A stretch of 64,000 nt of DNA from a bacterium (GCA_965261595.1 CBDHDG010000007.1:480001-544000); one strand, 5' to 3'; counted from the stretch's first letter, positions 9,965 to 18,518 are shown. Numbers and translations: made by a program. Notes: generated from the sequence alone by a model not told the origin.

Positions 9965-11188
9965 GTGATCGCGTCACTCCTCCCCCCCGGACTGCAAGGC
10001 TCGGGACTGAAGGCGCTCGCGTGGGGGTCGGCGGGGGCCGCGGCCGGGGTGCTTCTGTGGCTCATCCCGACGATCCGGATCTCGGGATTGGGTCCCGCCT
10101 GGGACATGATGATCGTCCTGGCCGCGCGCCAACCCCGGGTTTTTTCCAGCGTGGGACAGGGACCGTTTCCGTCCGCGGCCGTCCTCGCGGCCCTGGGCCT
10201 CTGGGCGGCGTTACGGATCGGCCGGACATCCTGGCGGCCGTGGCGGCCCGCTTTGGCGCTCCTCGTCGCGGCCGGGTGCGGGGTCGGCGTCTCGCTGGTG
10301 GCCTTCCCGAAGCTGCTGACGTTGCTTTCGGAGGCGGGACTGCGCGGGCTTGCCGCCCAGGTCGTCGCGGCGCTCCCCCTCAGCGTGATCCTCGTGAGCG
10401 TCTGGACCCGGGAGGCGGTCCCCGGACGCCGGGTTGCGGCGGCCTTCATCGGATGGCAGGCGCTGTTTCAGGTCTTCCAGATCTACCCGGTTGCCGGGAC
10501 GCAGATGGTCTATGCGACGCCCCTCGTCGTCCTCCTGGCCGGCGCGCTTACGTATGCGCTGCTGGATCGACGCAAGCTGCCCGAGAAAAACCGGCGGCCT
10601 CTCAATCTTCCGGTGTCCCGCTCGATCGCCGAGCTGGTGTTCCCGGCGGCGACGCTCGCCTTCCTGCTGCCGTTCCTGGGCCTGGGGGTGATTCCCCTGG
10701 CGAAGGAGCGCCAAAAGGGAATCCCCCTGTCCGCGCCGTCCGCCGCGGGGGTCCGGTTTCAATCGGAGATCGCCCCCAAATTGGAGGCCCTGATCCGGTA
10801 TCTCCGGAGACGCACGGCGCCGGGCGAGCCGATTTTCACCATGCCGGGAATGTCGAGCATCTACATCTGGACGGGAAGGCCGAGCGTCACCCGCTATAAC
10901 GCCACGACCTGGGGTTTGCTGACGCCGGAGATGCAGGAGAGCATCGTCGAGAGGCTGCCGCGCGTCCGCTTTCTGGTGGTGAACCGCAAGTCGCTTTTCT
11001 GGAAGAGCACGGTTCAGCCTGTACGGCTCGCCGGAGAGGGATCGACCCGGTTGCGGGACCGGGTTTTCCGGGACTACGCCCCTCTTCCGCCCGGAGACTG
11101 GCTCGGACCGGGGGCTTCGGACGAAGACCCGGATTTTGAAATCTGGGTTCGGCGAAAAGGCGCGCCGGCCGGACCGCCGCCGTCCTGA
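9965..11188 (+). CDS. putative polytopic membrane protein (possibly 5'-truncated GT-C-like)
   Basis: Several hydrophobic segments then a soluble C-terminal part (TAPGEPIF..IYIWTGR); start uncertain. Confidence 0.55.
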   Translation: MIASLLPPGLQGSGLKALAWGSAGAAAGVLLWLIPTIRISGLGPAWDMMIVLAARQPRVFSSVGQGPFPSAAVLAALGLWAALRIGRTSWRPWRPALALLVAAGCGVGVSLVAFPKLLTLLSEAGLRGLAAQVVAALPLSVILVSVWTREAVPGRRVAAAFIGWQALFQVFQIYPVAGTQMVYATPLVVLLAGALTYALLDRRKLPEKNRRPLNLPVSRSIAELVFPAATLAFLLPFLGLGVIPLAKERQKGIPLSAPSAAGVRFQSEIAPKLEALIRYLRRRTAPGEPIFTMPGMSSIYIWTGRPSVTRYNATTWGLLTPEMQESIVERLPRVRFLVVNRKSLFWKSTVQPVRLAGEGSTRLRDRVFRDYAPLPPGDWLGPGASDEDPDFEIWVRRKGAPAGPPPS

Positions 11189-11225
11189 CCCGAGGTTTTC
11201 GCAAAGAGAAGAGTCTACGGGGAAA

Positions 11226-11723
11226 TCACGCGGTTGGATCGGGGGGCGCGGCGATGTCCCAGTCGCCGAAGTCCTTGAAGACGGCTTCGGCCCTTTCCTC
11301 CAGGACCCCGCGGATGACCTTCACATTCATGCCCGTCAGCCCGACGAGCCGTTCGATGGTGTAGTCCCCCAGGTCATACCGCCCGTTGGAGCAGCGCCGC
11401 AGGGCCTCGGGTCCCGCGCCGATGACGACGGTTCCGACGCCGGAGTAGATGGCGGCGCCGGCGCACATGGGACAGGGGTCGCAGTTGGCGTACAGGACGC
11501 AGCCTCGCATGTCCCCCGAGCGCATCTTCTTCGCCGCCTCCCGGATCGCCATCATCTCCGCGTGGCACGTGGGATCCTTCAGGGAGATGCCGACGCTTTT
11601 CCCCCGGCCGAGGACCTCGCCGTCCTTGACGATGACGCCCCCGTAAGGCAGGTGCCCCTCCTTCACGCCGTCCTCCGCTTCCTGAATGGCCAGGGCCATG
11701 AATTTTTCGTGATCGCCGCTCAC
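11226..11723 (-). CDS. nucleoside/nucleobase deaminase (CDA/TadA/guanine deaminase fold), copy D1
   Basis: DPTCHAE and PCPMC Zn motifs; GGAG RBS, GTG start. Confidence 0.92.
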   Translation of the reverse strand: MSGDHEKFMALAIQEAEDGVKEGHLPYGGVIVKDGEVLGRGKSVGISLKDPTCHAEMMAIREAAKKMRSGDMRGCVLYANCDPCPMCAGAAIYSGVGTVVIGAGPEALRRCSNGRYDLGDYTIERLVGLTGMNVKVIRGVLEERAEAVFKDFGDWDIAAPPDPTA

Positions 11724-11880
11724 GGGGATGCTCCTGTCTTCGCTGTCCGATGTTTTGGAACCGGATAGATCCGCGTGGGTGTCATGTTTCTCATGCGTCC
11801 TTAAGTCTTTGGGCCGGGCAGGATGCCCGGCCTACCGATCGGGTTGCGAGTTGGCGCCGGGCAAGATGCCCGGCCTGCCG
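11724..11880. repeat. conserved deaminase leader plus two REP palindromes (unit 1)
   Basis: 11724-11829 matches 13177-13282 with 6 mismatches in 106 bp; similar to 12425-12580. Confidence 0.9.
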
Positions 11881-11923
11881 GCCGGTGGACAAGCGGTGTT
11901 TTCAAAACAGGCAGGGCGAGGCG

Positions 11924-12424
11924 CTATTCCGACCGGAGGACATTGGGCGAGGCGTCGCCCCAGTCCTTGTACTCCCGGAAGACGGCCTCGGCTTCCTCTT
12001 CCAGCACCCCGTTGACGACCTCCAGGTCCAGGCCGATCAGCTCGACGACGCGCTCGATGGTGTAATCGTTCATGTCGTAAATCGCTCCGGATTCGCGCTT
12101 GAGGGCGGCCGGGCTCGCGCCGATGACGATGGTCCCCGCCCCGGACCAAAGCGTGGCGCCGGCGCACATGGGACAGGGGTGGCACGAGGTGTAGAGGGTG
12201 CACCCGGTCAATTTTGGGGTCTTGAGGTTGGCCGCCGCGTCGCGGATGGCCGAGGTCTCCGCGTGGGCCGTGGGGTCTCCGGTGGAGTTGACGATGTTGC
12301 GGCCCCGGCCCACGACCTCTCCGTCCCGGACGATGACCGACCCGAAGGGCCGCTCTCCGCTCCGGACGGCGGCGCGGGATTCCTCGATGGCCAGGGCCAT
12401 GAACTTCTCGTGGTCGACGCTCAT
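11924..12424 (-). CDS. nucleoside/nucleobase deaminase, copy D2
   Basis: True start MSVDHEKF at 12424 (GGAG RBS); DPTAHAE, PCPMC. Confidence 0.92.
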   Translation of the reverse strand: MSVDHEKFMALAIEESRAAVRSGERPFGSVIVRDGEVVGRGRNIVNSTGDPTAHAETSAIRDAAANLKTPKLTGCTLYTSCHPCPMCAGATLWSGAGTIVIGASPAALKRESGAIYDMNDYTIERVVELIGLDLEVVNGVLEEEAEAVFREYKDWGDASPNVLRSE

Positions 12425-12580
12425 GGGGATTCTCCTGTTTCCGGTGGTCGATGTTTTGGAACCGGGTGGATCCGAAGGGGTGTCATGTTTCTCATACGCC
12501 CTTACACTTTGGGCCGGGCAGGATGCCCGGCCTACCGAATCGGGGTGCGAGTTGGCGCCGGGCAGGATGCCCGGCCTACC
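12425..12580. repeat. conserved deaminase leader plus two REP palindromes (unit 2)
   Basis: Homologous to 11724-11880. Confidence 0.88.
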
Positions 12581-13176
12581 GGGCCGTGTACGGGCTGACT
12601 CTTCCAATATCCGGTAGGGCGGGCAGCGGGTCGGTTGACCCCTTGCCCGCCCGGATACGACGCGCGTAAGCCTTTCACGATCATTGATAAATTGCGCGGA
12701 CAGCACCCTATCTCCTTGGACCAGCCGAATTCTTCCAGGACTTTCTTGGCCTCGGTCTCCAAAATCCCCCGGATGACCTCGAGTGTCATGTTCATCTGTT
12801 CGCTGAGGCCTTCGGCCGTGTAAGTTCTCGGGGTTCGATTGGAGATGCGCGCCAGGGCGGCGGAGCGGGCCCCTACGACGAGGGTGTCGATGCCGGAAAA
12901 GAGTATGGCGCCGCAGCACATCGGGCAGGGGTCGCACGAGGTGTAGAGGGTGCAGCCCTTCAGGGACAGGCTTTTCAGGTTCGCCGCCGCGTCGCGAATG
13001 GCCATCACCTCCGCGTGCGCCGTCGGGTCCCCGGTCGAGCGGGGATTGGCGTATGCGCGCCCGACGACCTCCCCGTCCCGGACGACGACGGACCCGAAGG
13101 GCCGGTCGCCCGCCCGGAGCCCGGCCCGCGACTCCTCGACGGCCAGGGCCATGAACTTCTCGTGGTCGACGCTCAT
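12532..13176 (-). CDS. nucleoside/nucleobase deaminase, copy D3 (ancestral stop at 12708-12710 out of frame; C-terminal read-through)
   Basis: MSVDHEKF start at 13176; DPTAHAE, PCPMC; one extra base before the TAG relative to D4. Confidence 0.88.
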   Translation of the reverse strand: MSVDHEKFMALAVEESRAGLRAGDRPFGSVVVRDGEVVGRAYANPRSTGDPTAHAEVMAIRDAAANLKSLSLKGCTLYTSCDPCPMCCGAILFSGIDTLVVGARSAALARISNRTPRTYTAEGLSEQMNMTLEVIRGILETEAKKVLEEFGWSKEIGCCPRNLSMIVKGLRASYPGGQGVNRPAARPTGYWKSQPVHGPVGRASCPAPTRTPIR

Positions 13177-13351
13177 GGGGATTCTCCTGTCTTCGCTGCC
13201 CGATGTCTTGGAACCGGATAGATCCGAGGGGGTGTCATGTTTCTCATGCGTCCTTAAGTCTTTGGGCCGGGCAAGATGCCCGCCCGGATACGACGCGCGT
13301 AAGTCTTTCACGGCCATCTGTAGAGCGTCGCCTCCCAGCGCGGACAGCACC
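13177..13351. repeat. conserved deaminase leader (unit 3) plus 3' block shared with 12645-12710
   Basis: Leader nearly identical to unit 1; TGCCCGCCCGGATACGACGCGCGTAAG and GCGGACAGCACCCTA also occur downstream of D3. Confidence 0.88.
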
Positions 13352-13819
13352 CTACAATGTGGACCAGTCGAATTTCGCCAGGACCTCCTCGGCCTCGGTT
13401 TGCAAAACCCCCCGGATGACCTCGAGCTTCATGTGCATCTGCCCGGCGAGGTTCTCGGCGGAGTAGGTCCTCGGGGATTGGCCCCGGATCTCCGCCAGTT
13501 TCGCGGAGCGCGCGCCTATGACCAGCCGCTCGATGCCGGAAAACAGCGTCGCCCCGCAGCACATCGGGCAGGGGTCGCACGAGGTGTAGAGGGTGCACTC
13601 CTTCCAGTCGGAACCCTTCAGGTTGGCTGAAGCGTCGCGAACGGCGGACGTTTCCGCGTGGGTCGTCGGGTCCCCGGAGGAGTTGACGGTGTTGTAGGCC
13701 CGGCCGACGACCTCCCCGTTGCGGACGATGACCGAGCCGAAAGGCTGCTCTCCCTTCTGTAGTCCCTTGCGCGCCTCCTCGATAGCCATCGCCAGGAATT
13801 TTTCGTGCCCGTCGCTCAT
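13352..13819 (-). CDS. nucleoside/nucleobase deaminase, copy D4
   Basis: NTVNSSGDPTTHAE, PCPMC; 15 bp downstream of the LLM gene with GGGAGG RBS. Confidence 0.92.
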   Translation of the reverse strand: MSDGHEKFLAMAIEEARKGLQKGEQPFGSVIVRNGEVVGRAYNTVNSSGDPTTHAETSAVRDASANLKGSDWKECTLYTSCDPCPMCCGATLFSGIERLVIGARSAKLAEIRGQSPRTYSAENLAGQMHMKLEVIRGVLQTEAEEVLAKFDWSTL

Positions 13820-13834
13820 GAAAATCGCCCTCCC

Positions 13835-14851
13835 TTATGGGTTGGATGCGAGCCCATCGGCCAAAAGCCGCAGGGCCTTTTTCCTCTCTTCCGCCGTCCC
13901 GCGCAAGGCCAGGACGGGGACCTCGAGACCCGCATCGATGAACTCCGTGATTCGGTCCGCCGCCATCTCGGGCGTTCCGGTGACGCTGTACGCGTGGACG
14001 ACCTCCTCGGGGATGAGCCGCCGGATCGCCTCCCGGTCCTCTTTAACGAAGGCGTCGTTGATGGCGTCCAGGTCCAGTTTCGCCCCGCTGACTTCGTGGC
14101 TCGCCTTGAGGGCCGGGTTCCGGAGGAGGTAGGCGAGACCGGCCTGACTGGCCGCAAGCGCCTCTTCATACGTCTCGAAGATCGAGGTCACGATCAGCCC
14201 CGCGACCAGGAAGCCGTTCCCGGCGCCGCCCCCCCCGCCGCCGTCCCGCTTCCTTCGGCCCTTTTCGACCTGCTCCAGCACCCACTGAATGTAAGGCGCG
14301 GAGACCCCGGCGGAAAGGACGACGCCGTCGGCCGCCTCCCCGGCGAGCCGACACATCTTCGGTCCCACGGCCGCCAGGTAGATGGGAATTCTCGCCTCCG
14401 GGAGGTCGAAATCGATGTGAGCGCCGTAAAGGTTCAGCGTCTCGCCGCGAAACTCGACGCGCTGCCGGCCGGCGTCCCAGAGCCGCCGGGTGGCGGTGAT
14501 CATCTCTCGCATGGAGGCGAGGGGTTTCTTGGGCGACAGACCCATCTCGGCCATGACGTTCGGGTTGCCCGTCCCGGCGCACAGCGCGATCCGGCCCGGT
14601 GCGCACTCGGCCAGGGTGGCGACGCCCATGGCCCAGTAGAGGGGGTGGGCGACGTAGGGGCTGAGGGCGGTGGGGACGACCCGCACGTGTTTCGTCGCGC
14701 CGAGGAAGGCGACGGAGGTCGAGACCGCGTCCCGGTAGCCCAGGTGCTGGTCCGCCCAGACGGAGTGGAACCCCGCCGCGTCGGCGACTTGGCACATCTC
14801 CACCATGTCCGAAATGGGAATGCGGCCGTCGAGGTCGATGCCGAGTTTCAT
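13835..14851 (-). CDS. LLM-class (luciferase-like/Mer-like) flavin-dependent oxidoreductase
   Basis: AGFHSVWADQH, ATKHVRV, PGRIALCAGTG, IPIYLAAVGPKM.RLAGE.ADG. Confidence 0.9.
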   Translation of the reverse strand: MKLGIDLDGRIPISDMVEMCQVADAAGFHSVWADQHLGYRDAVSTSVAFLGATKHVRVVPTALSPYVAHPLYWAMGVATLAECAPGRIALCAGTGNPNVMAEMGLSPKKPLASMREMITATRRLWDAGRQRVEFRGETLNLYGAHIDFDLPEARIPIYLAAVGPKMCRLAGEAADGVVLSAGVSAPYIQWVLEQVEKGRRKRDGGGGGGAGNGFLVAGLIVTSIFETYEEALAASQAGLAYLLRNPALKASHEVSGAKLDLDAINDAFVKEDREAIRRLIPEEVVHAYSVTGTPEMAADRITEFIDAGLEVPVLALRGTAEERKKALRLLADGLASNP

Positions 14852-14959
14852 AAACCGCCCTGATTGGAATCGGGGTGAGCGCCGTCGCTTAGTGTAACGC
14901 CCTTCTTCCAATCGCGAAAGGACGGGTTTTCGGGTGGGTCCGTCGCGGTGGAACCCCGT

Positions 14960-15445
14960 TCATCCCCGTTGTCCGCTCATGCGCCAGGTCATCAACGCGC
15001 CGAGGGTGAGGAAGGCGATTTGTCTGAGGGCTTCCGTCGGCCGCCCTTTAACGGATATTTGGGGCGTCCAGGAAATCAGCCCTTCCAAAGACGGATTGAG
15101 CTCCCGGGCTGAAAAGCGAATGATTTGCGCGTCCCGCAGGAAATCCAATCCGGACGCGGAAACCGATCCTCGCACGATGGGGATGATCGGCCTTTTGTCG
15201 GACGCGAATTCGACCTCCTGACGAACAAGGTCCGATTGGGACCCCTGATTCGAGATCAACGCCAGGACGCACCCGGACTCCAGAATCCGCTCGCGGACTA
15301 TTTTCGGAAGGGATCGGGCCGCTTTCAGGGGCCGGTCCTCATGCGCAATGAGGGGTCTTTGCCCGCCCAATTGAAGCTGTGACGCGATGAACCGAACGAC
15401 GTCGATGTCACCCGGCCTATTACTGATGAAGATCGTAAACGGCAT
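14960..15445 (-). CDS. TIR-domain protein with short hydrophobic C-terminus
   Basis: IFIS..., ILESGCVLALIS, S.LVRQEVEFA (putative catalytic Glu), RPIIPI; GGAGAGG RBS before ATG 15445. Confidence 0.75.
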   Translation of the reverse strand: MPFTIFISNRPGDIDVVRFIASQLQLGGQRPLIAHEDRPLKAARSLPKIVRERILESGCVLALISNQGSQSDLVRQEVEFASDKRPIIPIVRGSVSASGLDFLRDAQIIRFSARELNPSLEGLISWTPQISVKGRPTEALRQIAFLTLGALMTWRMSGQRG

Positions 15446-15599
15446 TGCGCCCTCTCCGCGCGAACTGAACGAACGGATGCCAAAGTTTATCCATTTACAT
15501 TTCGGCGGAAAAGGTAAAGGACTTAATCGTTGATTTTTGCCGCCCCTTGCCGCGGCCCCGGGGTTTTGGCGTAACGGCCGTGGAGATGGTAGAATCGGA

Positions 15600-15839
15600 A
15601 TCGGCCTGAACATCAAGAATGAAGCGACCTGCCGTTTGGCCGAGGAGTTCGTGCGTTTGACCGGCGAGACCAAGACCAAGGCGATGGAGAAACGTTTGGA
15701 TCGCCAGTTCCAAGGGCGGAACCGCGCGGGCGTTGCCGAGTGGTTGATGGAAATCGGTCGGCGCTGCGCGTCCCAGCCGACGCTCGATACCTGGACGCCC
15801 GAAGGAATTCTTTACGACAAGCATGGTTTGCCCAAATGA
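15600..15839 (+). pseudogene. vapB: VapB-type antitoxin (Rv0623/PSK transcription factor family), start codon decayed
   Basis: (I)GLNIKNEATCRLAEE..LTGETKT...LYDKHGLPK; ATC where ATG is expected; ATGA overlap with the next gene. Confidence 0.75.
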
Positions 15840-15976
15840 GCATGGTGGACACGTTCGCTGTCCTGGCGATTCTGTTCCAGGAAGAAAATGCGACGCGATT
15901 CGCCCGGGCGATCGAGTCGTCGAAACTCCCCTGCTCTCCGCGGCCTCTAAGACGTGGAATTGGGGTCCAGTATTGA
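15836..15976 (+). pseudogene. vapC: VapC PIN toxin, truncated
   Basis: MVDTFAVLAILFQEENATRFARAI resembles a VapC N-terminus; homology is lost after ~35 codons. Confidence 0.7.
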
Positions 15977-16142
15977 CAAGAGACAATCATATGAGTGCCC
16001 GTGTCTATGGCCCGATCACTCCGGATGATGTACGAGGGCGCCTGGTATCACGTGATGAATCGAGGCGCCGGGGGCAACGGATACCGACAATCCTCCCGGC
16101 GCTGACAATTGTATGAAGTCGAGAACTGACCCTGGGACCCCA
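15961..16142 (+). mobile_element. internally deleted RAYT/IS200-like (Y1 transposase) remnant
   Basis: 16007-16105 encodes MARSLRMMYEGAWYHVMNRG..., a Y1/RAYT N-terminus; bounded by near-inverted TGGGGTCCAG / CTGGGACCCCA. Confidence 0.65.
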
Positions 16143-16195
16143 GCCGGAGTGGACCGCCCCTGGGTTATTGGACACTCGGGTGAGGGTATTCGACC

Positions 16196-17104
16196 TCATG
16201 CGGCCTCCGCAACTTGAGCGAGTTTTTCCTGCCTTGCCTGGGCCGGCGTTCGGTAGCCGTAGCCCTCGAGAATCCAATGATGGTTGTACAGGTTCTTGAA
16301 CTCAAGCAGCGCCCACCGCAGTTCCTCTACGGTGGCGAAAGAGCGCACCCACAGGAGATTCTCCTTCAAGATGCGGATAAACCACTCACAGTAGCCATTT
16401 CCCTCGGGCGCCCGCACGAAGCTGGGCGAACTGGTCATGCCCAGGTAGGCGATCTCCCGCTGAAAGTCATCGGACAGATAGGCGGGGCCGTGGTCGTGAC
16501 GAACTTTAAGCCCCTCGGCGACATCCGCCTCCAAGCCGGCGAAGCGCTCGGCGACCCCCTGCCGGATCGGCTCCAGGGCCTCGAAGCGGTTGCCGCTCTT
16601 GGCCGCATGGATCCCCACGCAGTCCACCGAGCAGTGATCCACCGCCACGAACACCGAGGCCATCCCCTCCTCGGTGGTCACCGTCGTCGTCATGTCCGTG
16701 CCCCACATTCGGTCGGGCCGCTCGGTGCGGATGGTCCCGTTGTGGGCCTTGGGACCTCGGGGTTTGCCCACCCGGTGGGGGGCCTGAAGCCCCGCCTCCC
16801 GCATCAGGCGACGCACCCGCTCCTTGCTGGTGCGGATGCCCGCGAAGCGCAGCCTCGCCCACACCTTGCGGTAGCCCTCGCCATGGAAGGGAGAGTCCTC
16901 CAGGACCTGCCGGATGTGGCCGAGGAGTTCCGCATCGGTGCACGGGCCCACAGGGCCGCGCTTATTGGGCGTGGGGCGTTCATGAACGGGGACCGCCTCT
17001 CGCCGCCGTTGCGCGTAGACCGTGGAGCGCGCCAAGCCCCAAAGGGCGCACACCCGCTTCAGGCCGTAGGCTCTGCCCGTGGAGGTGAAGCGGGCCTGAC
17101 TCAT
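16196..17104 (-). CDS. ISa OrfB DDE transposase
   Basis: WGTD, HDHG, GNGYCE rve-core motifs; ATGA overlap with OrfA. Confidence 0.9.
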   Translation of the reverse strand: MSQARFTSTGRAYGLKRVCALWGLARSTVYAQRRREAVPVHERPTPNKRGPVGPCTDAELLGHIRQVLEDSPFHGEGYRKVWARLRFAGIRTSKERVRRLMREAGLQAPHRVGKPRGPKAHNGTIRTERPDRMWGTDMTTTVTTEEGMASVFVAVDHCSVDCVGIHAAKSGNRFEALEPIRQGVAERFAGLEADVAEGLKVRHDHGPAYLSDDFQREIAYLGMTSSPSFVRAPEGNGYCEWFIRILKENLLWVRSFATVEELRWALLEFKNLYNHHWILEGYGYRTPAQARQEKLAQVAEAA

Positions 17105-17487
17105 CGCCTCCACCTCCTGCCGGCTAAAGGGCGGCCGGCCTCCAGGCGGTCGATCTTCTCCCGCAGGACCTCGCCCTCCATCGTGAGTTCGCCCACCTTG
17201 GCCTTGAGCCGGGCGTTCTCCTCGTCCCGCTCATCCGCCGGGCGGGCTTTGAGCGCCGCCTCGCCCCCGCGAAGGAACGCCTCGCGCCAGGCGGAAAGCC
17301 GAGCCGCTGTCGTGCCCAACTCGCGGCAGAGCGTCTCCAGGCTCTCGCCCCGCAAAAGACGCAGGACCGCCTCCCGCTTGCGCTGGCAGGAGAACCGACC
17401 CCGCTCACTGCGATGCCCTGGGGCCTTGGCTCCGTTCGCCCTGCGGGCGCCCTCCGCCAAAGCCCCCTCTTGCTTTTGTTCGTTCAT
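17101..17487 (-). CDS. ISa OrfA (HTH/coiled coil)
   Basis: RKREAVLRLLRGESLETLCRELG HTH; LKAKVGELTM. Confidence 0.88.
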   Translation of the reverse strand: MNEQKQEGALAEGARRANGAKAPGHRSERGRFSCQRKREAVLRLLRGESLETLCRELGTTAARLSAWREAFLRGGEAALKARPADERDEENARLKAKVGELTMEGEVLREKIDRLEAGRPLAGRRWRR

Positions 17488-17553
17488 CGCGACACCCCTT
17501 TCTCCATGAATCATGGATCAATCGAGTGTCCAACAAAACCCTAGAGCGGGGGA

Positions 17554-17627
17554 CTCATTCATAGTCACATATTCGAGCAATTGTCTGGAGATATAGAGAT
17601 TTTGCAAAAGCAAGCAATGTCGTTGAC
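17554..17627 (+). pseudogene. internal fragment of the AbiEii gene stranded between two IS
   Basis: AT-rich; joins 20299 via the GAC target duplication; reads LIHSHIFEQLSGDIEILQKQA (1-bp frameshift before the junction). Confidence 0.6.
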
Positions 17628-17669
17628 TGGACTTACCCCGGTTTCGTGGAGAGTTAAGCACTTGGGTTT

Positions 17670-18518
17670 TCAGGGTGTGCGTTGTTGTCTCCTTTCGTAG
17701 TTAACGGGTGACAGGTTGTCGATGGAGGAGTGCCGACGATGCGGGTTGTAGAAGCCCTCGATGAACCCGAACACCTCCATGCGCGCCTCGGCCCGGGTGC
17801 GGAAACTGTGGCGAGCGAGGAGCTCGCACTCCAGCGTGGCGAAAAAGCTCTCACACAGCGCGTTGTCGTAGCAGTCCCCGACCGAACCCATGGAGGGACG
17901 CACGCCCGCCTGCCGGCAGCGCTGCCCAAAGGCGACCGAGGTGTACTGCGTGCCCTGGTCGGAGTGGTGGATGACGGCCCGGGGACGGCGCTTATACAGC
18001 GCCATGTCGAGCGCGTCGAGCACCAACTCGGCCCGCAGGTGTGTGGCCATCGACCACCCCACGATGCGCCGGCTGAACGCATCGAGCGCCACGGCCAGAT
18101 ACAAAAACCCCGCCCATGTCGGAACGTAGGTGATGTCGGCCACCCACAGCCGGTCGGGGGCCTCGGCCGTGAAGTTGCGGTCCACCAGATCAGGGGCCGG
18201 CCGCGCCTCCTGCCGGCGCTGCGTCGTGCGCGCTCCCTTGCGCCGACTGACGCCCGCAAGTCCCGCCCCACGCATCAGCCTGGCGACGCGCTTGCGGCCC
18301 ACACGCACTCCCTCAGCCTCCAACTCGGCATGGACGCGCGGCACGCCGTAAGTCCCCCGAGAACGCTCGTGGATCGCCTGAATGCGTTTGGTGAGCGCCC
18401 GATCGGCACACGAGCGGGCACACGGCGCGCGCCTGCGCCACGCGTAGTAGCCGCTGGAGGAGACGCCCAGCACCCGGCACATGGTGGCGGTCCGATACAT
18501 GGCCTGGTTCGCCCTCAC
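17670..18518 (-). CDS. ISb OrfB DDE transposase
   Basis: WVADITY, HHSDQG, DNALCESFF. Confidence 0.9.
   Translation of the reverse strand: MRANQAMYRTATMCRVLGVSSSGYYAWRRRAPCARSCADRALTKRIQAIHERSRGTYGVPRVHAELEAEGVRVGRKRVARLMRGAGLAGVSRRKGARTTQRRQEARPAPDLVDRNFTAEAPDRLWVADITYVPTWAGFLYLAVALDAFSRRIVGWSMATHLRAELVLDALDMALYKRRPRAVIHHSDQGTQYTSVAFGQRCRQAGVRPSMGSVGDCYDNALCESFFATLECELLARHSFRTRAEARMEVFGFIEGFYNPHRRHSSIDNLSPVNYERRQQRTP

Larger units (their letters stand above)
16150..17553 (-). mobile_element. IS3-family element ISa, copy 1 (1404 bp, no TSD)
   Basis: Ends TCCCCCGCTCTAGGGTTTTGTTGGACAC / GTGTCCAATAACCCAGGGGCGGTCCA; flanks GGAG/CTCA do not match. Confidence 0.93.

Noticed and set aside
11924..12937. 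337-aa ORF as a fused or extended deaminase
   Set aside because: The upstream part overlaps D3 in another frame; the real start with RBS is at 12424.
11724..13351. Repeats between deaminases as a CRISPR array or integron attC sites
   Set aside because: Repeats are ~100-160 bp separated by whole paralogous genes; no cas or integrase gene and no RYYYAAC...GTTRRRY boundaries.
16214..17509. 431-aa ORF repeated on the opposite strand of each ISa copy
   Set aside because: Antisense to the transposase; repeated only because the IS is.
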